In this document: positions 19,164 through 29,215 of the stretch, piece after piece
Numbering within the stretch: the stretch's first letter is position 1
How the letters are laid out: every line of letters starts with the position of its first letter
Assembly: GCA_963773045.1 (NCBI GenBank)
Contig: CAVYZT010000009.1
Location: 257,857 to 321,856 of the forward strand
DNA from: an uncultured Acidobacteriota bacterium
GTDB lineage: Bacteria > Acidobacteriota > Vicinamibacteria > Vicinamibacterales > UBA2999
Length of the DNA stretch: 64,000 nucleotides
Reading direction: 5' to 3'
Notes under the pieces: generated by a model
Seen by the model: the letters and a program-made list of their open reading frames with translations, nothing else
Databases searched by the model: none
What the model was told of the DNA's origin: nothing
Position numbers and translations under genes: made by a program

Positions 19164-19408
19164 GGCAACGTTCCGAGCGGCGAGTGGTCCATGCCCATGC
19201 GCCGGTGCCACTGATGAAACTGCTCGAGCAGATACGGATACACGTCGAGCAGATACAGCGTCGCCGGATTGGGCAACCCGACGATTTCGAGATAGCACAG
19301 CAGCAGGAAGAGGTCGTTCAGCTCCGCGGCCTGGCGCCGCAGCTCTCGCTCGTATTGCCCATACGCCGCGCCATGCAGGAAGTCGCGGACGTTGCGGCGA
19401 AAGGACAT
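19154..19408 (-). CDS. small protein ending in Cys-Cys, overlapped with the ArsA-like ATPase gene
   Basis: 84-aa ORF (MSFRRNVRDFLHGAAYGQYEREL...LGTLPCC*). Its last 10 nt overlap the ATPase start. Composition is balanced and not Arg-rich like the shadow ORFs. Confidence 0.55.
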   Translation of the reverse strand: MSFRRNVRDFLHGAAYGQYERELRRQAAELNDLFLLLCYLEIVGLPNPATLYLLDVYPYLLEQFHQWHRRMGMDHSPLGTLPCC

Positions 19409-19425
19409 ACGGCGATGATATCGCC

Positions 19426-19508
19426 TCGCCGCTGTTCGCTGTTCGCTATTCGCTGTTCGCCATTGCCCAACGCGGCCCTGCGAAAAGCGAACCGCGAAAG
19501 GCGAAGAG
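19426..19508. repeat. Inverted arrays, unit CGCTGTT / its complement GCGAA-type
   Basis: ccgctgttcgctgttcgctattcgctgttcgcc faces gcgaaaagcgaaccgcgaaaggcgaagagc. Confidence 0.85.
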
Positions 19509-19511
19509 CCC

Positions 19512-22097
19512 TCACATGTTGATCCAGTAACTGAACTTCACCAGGAACACGTTGTGCGCCGGCGCCTTGAAGACACCGGTGTAATCGCGCCCGAAGCTGA
19601 AGTCACCGAACTCTTCCGTAGCCTCCTTGTTCTGCTGCCAGACGATGAAGAGCGTGGAGCCGGGCTTGTACTCCCATCGAAGCACGTTGGTGGTCCGGAA
19701 GGAGCGGTAGTTGAAGTCGGGATTGCTCTCGTAGGCGTAGGGCCGGTACCGATCCTCGTAGCGCGGCGCGCGGCCGTCAGCGAGCTCCTTGAATCCGGAA
19801 TAGGTGCCCGCCGAGACGAACGGCTCGGCGTACACCTGCAGCGACAGGTTTGGCGTCATCGTGTAGTTGAAACGTGTGGTCATCGCCGTGGTCGTTTGGT
19901 CGATGTGCCCGAACACATAGCGCGTCTTCCCGTTCGCGTCCTCCACGTTCTCCACCCACTGCGCATCGTCGTGGTTGATGTCGTAGCGGATGCCGAGACT
20001 GAGGGAGATCGACGAGGTCGGCCGGACGTTGATCCAGGGGTTGAAGTCGTGCTGCTTCAGGCTGTCGCGATCGACCCAGTGGTTGCCGTTGTAGCTCACC
20101 GAGAACGGTTTGCGACTGTCGGAGTTGAAGTAGAACCAGAGGCCTCGTCCGGGATTGCCGAGCACGCCCGGCCCGCCCCGCGTGACGCGATCTTTGAACG
20201 GCGCGCCATTGACGTTGAGGCCAAAGCCGTTGCTGAAATAGTTGGCCCACGTCCAGTGCATGTTGACGTTGCCGCCCGAGAACGTGCGGTCGCCGCCGAA
20301 GTTCCAGCCGGCCCACTGATTGAGATTGAACGAGTAGGTCCTGACGTACTTGCCGGGATTGAAGTCCCTCCACTGGAACCAGTTGCTGATCGTCTTCTCG
20401 TCCGCGCGGCGCATGAACCCGAGGTCGTTGCTGTCGAAGCCCGGACTCTTGTAGCCGACGAACGTATTGAACCGGGTGCGCTCACCGGCAATCTTGCCGA
20501 AGCTCATCGATCCGGCGTGACCGCCCAGGGTTGTCGCTAGCGGATCGGATTCCACGTAGTCGGCGTCCGGCCGCTGGAACGAGTGGACGTTGTTCTCTTG
20601 CAGGCGCTCGATTGCTTCGGGGCTGCCCGTGATGTGGCTGCCCGCCCAGTAACCCGAGAACGAGTACTTCGGCCCGAAGCGCCAGTCGTAGTCCACGCCG
20701 CCGGTGAACGCGTTGTTGGCGAGGAAGCTCACCTCGTCGACGATCTGCCGATTGGTCGAGGTCCCCATGAAGCCGATCGACGATTGATTGGCGAACTCGC
20801 GCTTGGAACGAAGCACGGTGTAGGCCGTCATCGGCTCGACGGTCTGGGTGCGATGATCGATGTCGTCGGACCCCGCGATGTTGGCCTCCTCTCTCTCGGT
20901 GACTGCGGTAAGGGCGCCAACGGCGAACTTTCCAACCCGCCCGGTGACCTTACCGGCGCCGATGATCGTGGCGGCAACCGGCGTCTCGGAGAACTCCTCG
21001 TCCGCTGTGTCGGGGCTCCCCTGCGGCGCACGACCGATCCGGCGCGAGTAGAAGAGGCCGGTACAGTTGCCGTCGTTGCAGTCCATGTTGAAGCGGAAGT
21101 TGCCCGATCCTTCGACGAAGAACGGGCGGCGCTCCGGAAAGAACGTCTCGAAGGCATCGAGGTTGACGACCGCGGGATCGGCTTCGACCTGGCCGAAGTC
21201 TGGATTCGCCGTCGCGGTCACCGTAAGACCAGGCGTGAGCGCGTACTTCATGTCCAGGCCAACCGAGGCGCCGGGCTCGACCGGACCGACCAGGGGATTG
21301 CCCGCTTCGACGGTCTGCGTCTCGATCTCTCCGACGGTGTACGGCACAATCTCGAACTTCTTCGGCGCCCCGCCCATCCTGAGACCGCGCACTTCACCGA
21401 ACTGCGAGACGAAGCCGTTGGCGTTGCGCGAGAGCAGCGGCCACGTCGACGTCTCGGCGAGGCGTCCGACCTCGCGAATGATCGCAAAGCCCACCGGGCC
21501 ACCCTCGCGCTGATTGAAGCGGAGCTGCGAGAACGGAATGCGGAACTCGGCGCGCCAGCCATCAGAGTCGCGAACCGCTTTCACATCCCACACGGCATCC
21601 CAGCTGTCATCGCTGTTGCCATCGTTGAAGTAGTAGCGATCGGTCTTCACGCCAACCGGGTTCACGGCAAACTCATAGGCCGACCGACGGTCGTAGTACG
21701 AGTCCACGACGATCCTCAGCCAGTCCGACGGCGAACGCTGATCGCGGCGGGTCAGGATGCCGACCACCTTGTTGGGCTCTGAGTCGAGGGCGCGGATCGC
21801 GACGTACAGCGCCTCGTTGTCGTACGCGATCCGCGCTTCGGTCGGGTGCGTTGGTGCCGCGCCCTCATCCGGTTCGCGCTGGAGGAACTCGTTGATGAGC
21901 GGGGCCTGCTTCCAGACCTCTTCGGAGAAGTTGCCGTCGATCACGATGGGGCCGTTTGCCGGGACCGCCAAGGCCTCGACGACGGCCGCGGCGGCGGTGC
22001 GGCGATCGCCGCTACCAGCCAGAGTGGGGGAAAAGGCAAGCACCAACAACACGGCGGCCATTCCGCCGCGTACGAAAACGTTCATAGCACCCACCAT
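19512..22097 (-). CDS. CBM9-like / DUF5916-type outer-membrane protein
   Basis: 861 aa with a signal peptide. The N-terminal IDGNFSEEVWKQAPLINEFLQREPDEGAAPTHPTEARIAYDNEALYVA pattern matches what I recall of carbohydrate-binding family 9-like domains. The long beta-rich C-terminus ends in aromatic residues (KFSYWINM). An alternative ATG lies at 22085. Confidence 0.7.
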   Translation of the reverse strand: MVGAMNVFVRGGMAAVLLVLAFSPTLAGSGDRRTAAAAVVEALAVPANGPIVIDGNFSEEVWKQAPLINEFLQREPDEGAAPTHPTEARIAYDNEALYVAIRALDSEPNKVVGILTRRDQRSPSDWLRIVVDSYYDRRSAYEFAVNPVGVKTDRYYFNDGNSDDSWDAVWDVKAVRDSDGWRAEFRIPFSQLRFNQREGGPVGFAIIREVGRLAETSTWPLLSRNANGFVSQFGEVRGLRMGGAPKKFEIVPYTVGEIETQTVEAGNPLVGPVEPGASVGLDMKYALTPGLTVTATANPDFGQVEADPAVVNLDAFETFFPERRPFFVEGSGNFRFNMDCNDGNCTGLFYSRRIGRAPQGSPDTADEEFSETPVAATIIGAGKVTGRVGKFAVGALTAVTEREEANIAGSDDIDHRTQTVEPMTAYTVLRSKREFANQSSIGFMGTSTNRQIVDEVSFLANNAFTGGVDYDWRFGPKYSFSGYWAGSHITGSPEAIERLQENNVHSFQRPDADYVESDPLATTLGGHAGSMSFGKIAGERTRFNTFVGYKSPGFDSNDLGFMRRADEKTISNWFQWRDFNPGKYVRTYSFNLNQWAGWNFGGDRTFSGGNVNMHWTWANYFSNGFGLNVNGAPFKDRVTRGGPGVLGNPGRGLWFYFNSDSRKPFSVSYNGNHWVDRDSLKQHDFNPWINVRPTSSISLSLGIRYDINHDDAQWVENVEDANGKTRYVFGHIDQTTTAMTTRFNYTMTPNLSLQVYAEPFVSAGTYSGFKELADGRAPRYEDRYRPYAYESNPDFNYRSFRTTNVLRWEYKPGSTLFIVWQQNKEATEEFGDFSFGRDYTGVFKAPAHNVFLVKFSYWINM

Positions 22098-22147
22098 AGA
22101 CGCGTTTTCTGAGCAAAAGGTTGGGATACGGCTCCATTCCTCCTTGT

Positions 22148-22167
22148 CAAGTTATCTATATAACTTG
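22148..22167. promoter_or_regulatory. Palindromic candidate operator in an AT-rich divergent promoter
   Basis: caagttat-ctat-ataacttg: perfect 8-bp inverted arms with a 4-bp spacer. It lies 24 nt upstream of the AraC-family GTG start, in the only strongly AT-rich stretch of this intergenic region. Confidence 0.4.
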
Positions 22168-22190
22168 TTGAAATAGCTGTAATATGACGC

Positions 22191-22952
22191 GTGCCAGAAC
22201 CGCTCGTTCGAGGGCAAGGCCAACGATATTCCCGCGGCAAAACTCCGGAGTTCGCTCACGACCGGCATCAACTGATCGCCGTTTCTCGAGGCGCGCTGAT
22301 TGTCTCGAGGCGCGAGGCCAGATGGGTCGTGCCGGCAGGCCACGCGGCCTGGATTCCAGCAAAGACTCGATGCTCTCTGGAGCCATCGGGCCAGACCGAA
22401 GCCTGCGTTCTGTATCTGCGCTCAGACCTAGTGCGTCCTCGCGCGCTCTGCGAGGTGCTCGACAACCCGCCGTTGCTGCGGGCGCTGGTCGATCATCTCG
22501 TGCGGCTCGAGGCGCTGCCGTCCGATCGCGCCGGCCGCCGATTGGCGAGCGTGCTCGTCGATCAGATCGACGCGGCGCGGCGGATCGAGCTCCGGCTGCC
22601 GACGCCGCAAGATCCGCGTGCGCTTCACGTCGCCGATCTGCTGATGTCCGATCCGAGCGAGACGCTGTCGCTGGTCGCGCTCGGTCAGACGTTGTCGGTC
22701 AGCGCGCGAACCCTGGCGCGCCACTTCATCAGCGACACCGGCGTCACGCTCGGCCAATGGCGTCGCCAGTTCCGGCTCACGCACGCGCTCACGTTGGTCG
22801 CCTTGGGGAAGCCGGTGAAAGAGGTCGCGCTCGAAGTGGGTTATGAAAGTTCCAGCGCGTTTGTCGCCGCTTTCAAACGTGCGCTGGGGACGACGCCGGC
22901 AAGACTGTTCAAAAGCGGTTCACGGCACGGAGGCGCGGAGCGCATCTACTAA
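22191..22952 (+). CDS. AraC-family transcriptional regulator (cupin-like N-terminal domain plus HTH)
   Basis: C-terminal twin HTH: LSVSARTLARHFISDTGVTLGQWRRQFRL...VALEVGYESSSAFVAAFKRALGTTPARL. GTG start. Confidence 0.85.
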   Translation: MPEPLVRGQGQRYSRGKTPEFAHDRHQLIAVSRGALIVSRREARWVVPAGHAAWIPAKTRCSLEPSGQTEACVLYLRSDLVRPRALCEVLDNPPLLRALVDHLVRLEALPSDRAGRRLASVLVDQIDAARRIELRLPTPQDPRALHVADLLMSDPSETLSLVALGQTLSVSARTLARHFISDTGVTLGQWRRQFRLTHALTLVALGKPVKEVALEVGYESSSAFVAAFKRALGTTPARLFKSGSRHGGAERIY

Positions 22953-23036
22953 GAGAATTCTCTGTGTCTCCGCGTCTCCGCGGCCAACGTGCGTTTCCCT
23001 GTTTATTTGCCTTTGCAAGAAGGGATAGCGGAGATT

Positions 23037-24959
23037 CTACGGCTCGAGCGAGAACGGCCTCGTGACTCGCGCCAGCTCGCGATCCACTGCCATGACTCGG
23101 GCCGTGGCGACATATCTGCCGGGGGGCAGTGCCGACAAAAGCATGATCGCCCGCGCCGACGAGAATTTCGCCATTCGCTGAACCGGACTGGTCTCGACGA
23201 TGGTGCGTGCAGAGCCGGGTGACACCACCTCGAATATGACCCGCGCGTCACCAAGGTCTTCAATTGGATACAGCTCCAGGTACGCGATGACACGACGGTC
23301 GCGAATGCGGTCCACCAGCGGCTGCAAAGGCGATTCGGGCGTGGCGGGCACCGGCGCGAGAATCAAATCGCTGAGGCGGAGTCCCGCCTGGCTGTCGACG
23401 GCGGCCGCGAACGGCCGCTCCACGAGTCCGCGACGACCAAGTGGATCGATCCCGCCAACCCGCAAGGTATATGGGCCTTCTGGCACGGTTGCGCTGAAGG
23501 TATGCCGGCCCAGTGGCGCCTGATACGCGCCGCTGGCGGCGATGACACCGCCGGCGTCGGTGAACACGTAGCCGAAGAGCACTTGCGAAGCGGCCGACCC
23601 GTTGCCATCCGCTTCGGTGCTGACCACCACGCGAACGGCTGCAGACTCGGGTTCTCGATACGTGTATGTCGCGACGCGGACCGGCAATTCGGTGGCCGAT
23701 CCGCCCCGCAGGAGAGCGACGAGGTCCTGTTCACGCGACTGATCCGACGGCGCCACTTGCGGCATGCGGAACGCGGGGCGGGCGCGAAGGCTTCCGCCGC
23801 CACGCGCAAGCTTGACTTCCACTCGGTGGACGCGTCCGTCGCGATCGGCCTCGATCGCTTCGAAGCCAAGCAGGTAATAGCCCGAGATCTCGGTCGCAAT
23901 CCGTTCGAATGGCCGCTGGTCGCTCCCGTTCAGCCTGAACACCGCGCCCTTGGTTGCGCCGGCGAGACGATCGAGTCCGTCGCCAAGCAGGTTCACGTCG
24001 CGAATGAACGTCGGCGAGACGCGATCCTGAGACGCCTCGAACATTGGCACTTCCATCTGGAGCACGTAGATCGTGACGCGCGCGTCCTTGGCCGCAGCCG
24101 CGAGGTTGGTCACATCCACCAGACGGGGATCGAGCACCATCCCTTCGGAGAGGAGAACGACCGTTTTCGGCCCTTCGAGGCTCTTCAGGTTGCCGATCAG
24201 CGCGTCGATCGCGCTGAGCGAGATGCTCGCCTGCGTCCGCGCGTGCTGAGACATGACGCGCGCTTCCTGTTCGACCTGCTCAGGGCACCCGTCCCGACCC
24301 GTGACATCGTCGACAGCGCGCGCCGCGCTGGCGTACTCGGTCAGCGACCGCCCGCACTCGCGAAGGACCACATCGCCGAGCTTGGCGCGCCCGCCATCGG
24401 CGATTTCGATCGCTTCGCTGAGGCCGATGTTGAACTGCAGGAACACGGGATCGCCTTGACCCCTGATCTCCTCCAGACGCTGACGGAGTGCCCATCGATC
24501 GCGGGTGAACTCGGTCACGCCGACCCTGCCCAACGGGGTCACGGCCACGCGATCCGTCGGGTTCAAGCGATCGATGAAGGCGCTGGCGGCGCGTATCGCC
24601 GGACGGCCCTCGAGCCGCCGGATGTGAGCTTCGTCGACGGCGACCACGACGAAACGACCCGCATCCGCCGCTTGATTGGTGGAAAAATGACGAACCTCAA
24701 GAGGCTGAGTGGAACGAGTGGTCCGACGAGAGTCGCCCACAAACTCCGCCGTGACGATGGGCCGCATCTGGCCGTCGACTCGGAGAACGAAATCGCCGGC
24801 CTCGAGGGTGGAGTCCGGTATCCCGTCGGCCCCCAGCACCGTCGCGTCCACAGTGACCAGGTCAACCCGCGACCGGAAGACGGATTGCTGGGCGGCTCCC
24901 GGCCACACGAGCGCCGTGACGATCATCGCCGCGAGACAGTGCATCCGCACTCCTGTCAC
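23037..24959 (-). CDS. VWA-domain protein with an N-terminal VWFA-related domain
   Basis: Signal peptide, then FRSRVDLVTVDATVLGADG..LEAGDFVLRVDGQMRPI, which I recognise as the acidobacterial VWFA-related domain pattern, followed by a VWA-like core (VVVAVDEAH...). An alternative ATG lies at 24944. Confidence 0.7.
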   Translation of the reverse strand: MTGVRMHCLAAMIVTALVWPGAAQQSVFRSRVDLVTVDATVLGADGIPDSTLEAGDFVLRVDGQMRPIVTAEFVGDSRRTTRSTQPLEVRHFSTNQAADAGRFVVVAVDEAHIRRLEGRPAIRAASAFIDRLNPTDRVAVTPLGRVGVTEFTRDRWALRQRLEEIRGQGDPVFLQFNIGLSEAIEIADGGRAKLGDVVLRECGRSLTEYASAARAVDDVTGRDGCPEQVEQEARVMSQHARTQASISLSAIDALIGNLKSLEGPKTVVLLSEGMVLDPRLVDVTNLAAAAKDARVTIYVLQMEVPMFEASQDRVSPTFIRDVNLLGDGLDRLAGATKGAVFRLNGSDQRPFERIATEISGYYLLGFEAIEADRDGRVHRVEVKLARGGGSLRARPAFRMPQVAPSDQSREQDLVALLRGGSATELPVRVATYTYREPESAAVRVVVSTEADGNGSAASQVLFGYVFTDAGGVIAASGAYQAPLGRHTFSATVPEGPYTLRVGGIDPLGRRGLVERPFAAAVDSQAGLRLSDLILAPVPATPESPLQPLVDRIRDRRVIAYLELYPIEDLGDARVIFEVVSPGSARTIVETSPVQRMAKFSSARAIMLLSALPPGRYVATARVMAVDRELARVTRPFSLEP

Positions 24960-25124
24960 TGCTTTTGTCCCTTGACTCTAAGCTTACGACGTTCTATTTA
25001 CGCTCATTACAAGGGACGGATAGCTCTCAGCAGGTGTGACTGACCTGATTTTGGTGATGAACGTCATGATGGTATCGCGTGATCGCGCGGTGCTTTTTCA
25101 GCTTCTGGAGGGGGGAGGGCTCGA

Positions 25125-28100
25125 ATGGGCTTCTTTACTCGATCGTTGCGGAAGGGCGTCTTCGTCGTTCTGGCGTTGGGGGTTTCCGCGTCTGCCTGGG
25201 CACAGGCTGGCACGGGCTCGCTGGTAGGTGAGGTTACCGACCAGCAGAAGCAGGTCATCCCGGGCGCGACGGCGACGCTCACCAGCCGGCAGACCGGCGT
25301 CGCACAAGGGACTGTCTCTGACGAGCGCGGGACATATCGATTCGTCAACATCCAGCCGGGCCGCTACGACCTGAAGGTCGAGCTTTCGGGATTCAAGACC
25401 TCCGTCACCACGAACATCCCGCTGGTGGTGGACTCGACCGTGCGACAGAACGTGACGCTGGAGCTGGGCGGGGTCACCGAAACCGTCAATGTCGTGTCGC
25501 AGACAATCGTGCTCAACACCACCGATGCCAGCGTGGGGAACACCATCTCGACCGAGCAGATTCGCAGTCTGCCGATTGAAGCACAGAACGTCGTTCAGCT
25601 CCTCAGCCTGCAGCCGGGCGCGGTCTTCATCCCGACCAACGCCGAACTCCGACGCCGAGGACCCGCGCTACGGCGCCGTCGCTGGCGCGCGCGCCGACCA
25701 GCAGAACGTGACGCTCGATGGCATCGACGTGAACGATCCGCAGAACCAGACGGCGTTTACGTCGGCGGTGCGAATCACGCAGGAGGCGCTGCAGGAATTC
25801 CGCGTCAGCACATCCAATTACAACGCCGACAGCGGCCGTTCGAGCGGTGCGCAGGTGTCGCTGGTGACCAAGAGCGGGACGAATCAGTACAACGGATCTG
25901 GGTACTGGACCCTCCGCCGAACCCAGACGTCCAGCAACGAGTACTTCTTGAAGCTGGCCCAGTTGCTGGGGGGAAAGGAGAACCAGGCGCCGAAGCTCGA
26001 CAAGGACATCTACGGTGGCGCCTTCTCCGGACCGGTTCAGCGAAACCGGCTGTTCTTCTTCGGCAACATCGAGCGGCTCCAGGAACAGAGCGAAAGCCCG
26101 GTCGTGCGCGGCGTGCCTTCGAACTCGTTCCGCGACGGCGTGCTCATGTATCAGTGCGCGTCGGCGGCCGTGTGTCCCGGCGGCAGCGTTCGCGGCTTGA
26201 GCAACACTCACACCGTGCCGAGCGGTTGGTATGGGATGACACCGGCCGACATCGCGGCCATCGATCCCCTGCGGATCGGTCCGAGCCTCGCGGCAGCCAG
26301 GTACTTCAGCCAGTACCCGTCGCCGAACGAGCCGGGCCAGCGTCCGAACAACATCGACTCGTTCCGATTCGCGTCGCCGATCGAGAATCAGTTCTACACC
26401 TTCCTCACGCGCGTGGACTACAACTTGTCGTCGACCGGCGACCACAAGTTGTTCGGCCGGTTCGGCAAGCAAGACGACACGATCAACGAGGCGGCGCAGT
26501 TCCCCGGTCAACCCGCACGGCGCCAGGCGCTCCGCGCCAACTTCGGGCTGGCGCTGGGTTACGACACGGTGCTGACCTCGCACCTCACCAACAGCTTCCG
26601 TTACGGCATGACGCGGATCGACGAATCCAATGAAGGACGCACGGACGCCAATTACGTGACGTTCCGCTTCATCGACCCGTTTGACGCCCTCGGCTCGACC
26701 TTCACCGATTCGCGCCAGCCCAATACGCACAATTTCGTGGACGACGTCAATTGGTTCAAGGGCACGCACGGGTTCAAGGCCGGAACCAACATCCGCTACA
26801 GCCGAGTACCCAAGGAACGCTTCCAAAGTTCCTACCTGAACGCAACAGGTCAATCCCTCATGGGTGGCCGGCGTCGGCCGGCGCAACATGCCGGGCAGCG
26901 CGTTCTGCACGGTGGCCCGCTGTTCAGAGCTTCCGGCAGTGGCGAGCGCGGGCCAGGCCGGTTACGCGGACGCCTGGCTCAACATCATTGGCGTGCTGTC
27001 GCAGTCGACCCAGCGCGCCAACTACGATCGCGACGGCACGCCGCAGGCGCCGGGAACTCCGGTCGCTCGCACGGTCGCCTCGGACGAGTACGAGGTCTAC
27101 CTGCAGGATAGCTGGCAGGTGCGACCGAACCTCACGATCACTGGCGGCGTGCGTTACAGCCTGTATTCGCCGCCGTATGAGGCCAACGGGCTGCAGGTCG
27201 CCCCATCGATCAGCATGGGCGAGTGGTTCGACCAGCGGGTCGCCAACATGGCAAAGGGCATCCCGTCGAACCAGTCCCCAATCGTCACGTTCGATCTCGC
27301 GGGCCCCAAGAACGACCGCCCCGGATTCTACGGGTGGGACAAGAACAACATCGCGCCGCGCATCTCGGCGGCCTGGACGCCGACCGCGGAAAAGGGATTC
27401 CTGCACAAGCTCACCGGCAACGGGGCGTTGACCGTTCGCGGCGGGTACACGAAGGTCTTCGACCGTGTCGGTCTGGGCCTGGCCACGAATTTCGACGAAG
27501 GCTTCGCGTTCGGGATGTCGACGCAGATCAGCAGCCCGTTCGGCGCGCCGTATGAAGAGAATCCCGCGGTCCGGTTCATCGATACCAAGACGCTGCCGCC
27601 GACCGTGCCGGCCGCACCGCCGGGAGGGTTCCCTCAGACACCGCCACGTCGAGCCGGAATCATCACGCAGAGCATCGACGACACGTATGACGACGCCGTC
27701 GGCCCACATGCTCAGCGCCGTCGTCGGCCGCGATCTCGGGCGGAACTATCAGATGGAAGTGGGATACCTCGGTCGATTCGGCCGGGATCTCCTGATTCGT
27801 CGCGACATCGCGATGCCGCTGAACCTCGTCGACGCGAAGAGCGGCATGGACTATTTCACGGCGGCGCAGCAGATCATCGGCGCCGCCCAGGCACGCGGCA
27901 TCACCGGCAATTCGGCGGCCTCGGCCTACGGCGTGCTGCCGGCGCTCGCGTATTGGGAGAATCTGTTCCCGGGTGCGGCCGGCAACGGGCTGACGGCCAC
28001 ACAGGCGATCACGCGCGCCTACATGCAGAACGGTCCGGACTGGATCACGGCGCTCTACGACATGGACACGTCGTGCAGCCCGTCATGCAGCATCTTCGGT

Positions 28101-28968
28101 CCCTACTCGCTACTTCGCTGAGCAGTACGACTCACTGGCCGCAATCAGCTCCATCGGCCGCTCGAACTATAACGCGATGCTGTTCACGTTGAGAAAGCGA
28201 TACTCCGGCGGCACCCAGTTCGACTTCAACTACACGTTGTCGAAATCCATGGACATGGGCTCCCAGGTGGAGCGCGGAAGCGCCTTCGGCAACTTCTCGA
28301 ACGGCGGCAACTCCGGCTTCCTGATCAACTCCTTCGAGCCCGATCTCAATTACGGGATCTCGGACTTCGATCTGCGTCATCAAATCAACATCAACGGTCT
28401 CGCCGAGCTGCCGTTCGGCGCCGGCAAGCGCTGGGGCAGCAACGCCCACGGTCTGGTGAACGGCCTGATCGGCAACTGGTCGGTGGCCGGCCTCATGCGT
28501 TGGACCAGCGGCTTCCCGTTCAACGTCGCCAACTGCCGTTCGTGCTGGGCGACGAACTGGAACCTGACCGGCAACGCGATGCTGGTCGATCCCAACAAGC
28601 TCCCGCCCACCGAGACGACGATGAACACGGTGGACAATCGGCCGAGCCCATTCGTCGACGCGACCGAAGCGCTCACGTACTTCCGGCGCGCGCTGCCGGG
28701 CGAGGCCGGCATCCGCAACCTGCTGCGCGGCGACGGGTATTTCACGATCGACACCAGCCTCAGCAAGTCGTGGGGAGTGGGCATTTCCGACCATCGAATC
28801 CGATTCCGATGGGATGTCTTCAACCTGACGAACACACCCAAGTTCGATGTCGGGCAGTTGTCGGTCACGCCGGATATCGCCGGCTTTGGCAAATACACCG
28901 GCACGCTGGCCACCTGCGACGCGCAGGCCGGCCGCTGCATGCAGTTCGCGTTTCGATACGAGTTCTGA
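25125..28968 (+). pseudogene. CarboxypepD_reg / TonB-dependent-receptor-like giant outer-membrane protein, broken by at least 4 frameshifts
   Basis: One continuous homologous reading is recovered only by joining five track ORFs across frame changes near 25640, 26848, 27685 and 28110. The ORFs are 25125.., 25489.., 26864.., 27465.. and ..28968. The N-terminus has a signal peptide plus GSLVGEVTD..GATATL..RGTYRFVNIQPGRYDL. The C-terminus ends FAFRYEF, a typical terminal aromatic. Confidence 0.8.
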
Positions 28969-28996
28969 GTCGACGATCCTTCAACGATCACGTCTC

Positions 28997-29024
28997 GGGG
29001 GCGACCCATAATCTGGGTCGCCTC
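28997..29024 (+). terminator. GC-rich stem-loop after the receptor pseudogene (no U-tract)
   Basis: ggggcgaccca-taatc-tgggtcgcctcc: a 9-bp perfect core stem, 29 nt after the stop at 28968. No T-run follows, so intrinsic termination is unproven. Confidence 0.35.
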
Positions 29025-29215
29025 CAGATGACTAGTGCTCCGCTCCGCGCTTCTCCCCTCTAGTCAGCCGTTCGCCCCGCGTGCTTGATCGTTCGTCCCT
29101 GAGTTTTGCGGACGAACGGGAGTGCCTGGTTGACAACCCTAGGGACGAGGGCTACAACCGGATACACTTCCTGCGTTTGCATTGCATTGCACTACACGTC
29201 GAAAGGGGATGGTCC

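Noticed and set aside
24960-25124. Riboswitch (for example cobalamin) upstream of the TonB-receptor-like gene
   Set aside because: The leader is AT-richer, but I could not find a B12-box-like or other recognisable riboswitch core. The only evident signal is a strong ggaggggggaggg ribosome-binding site.
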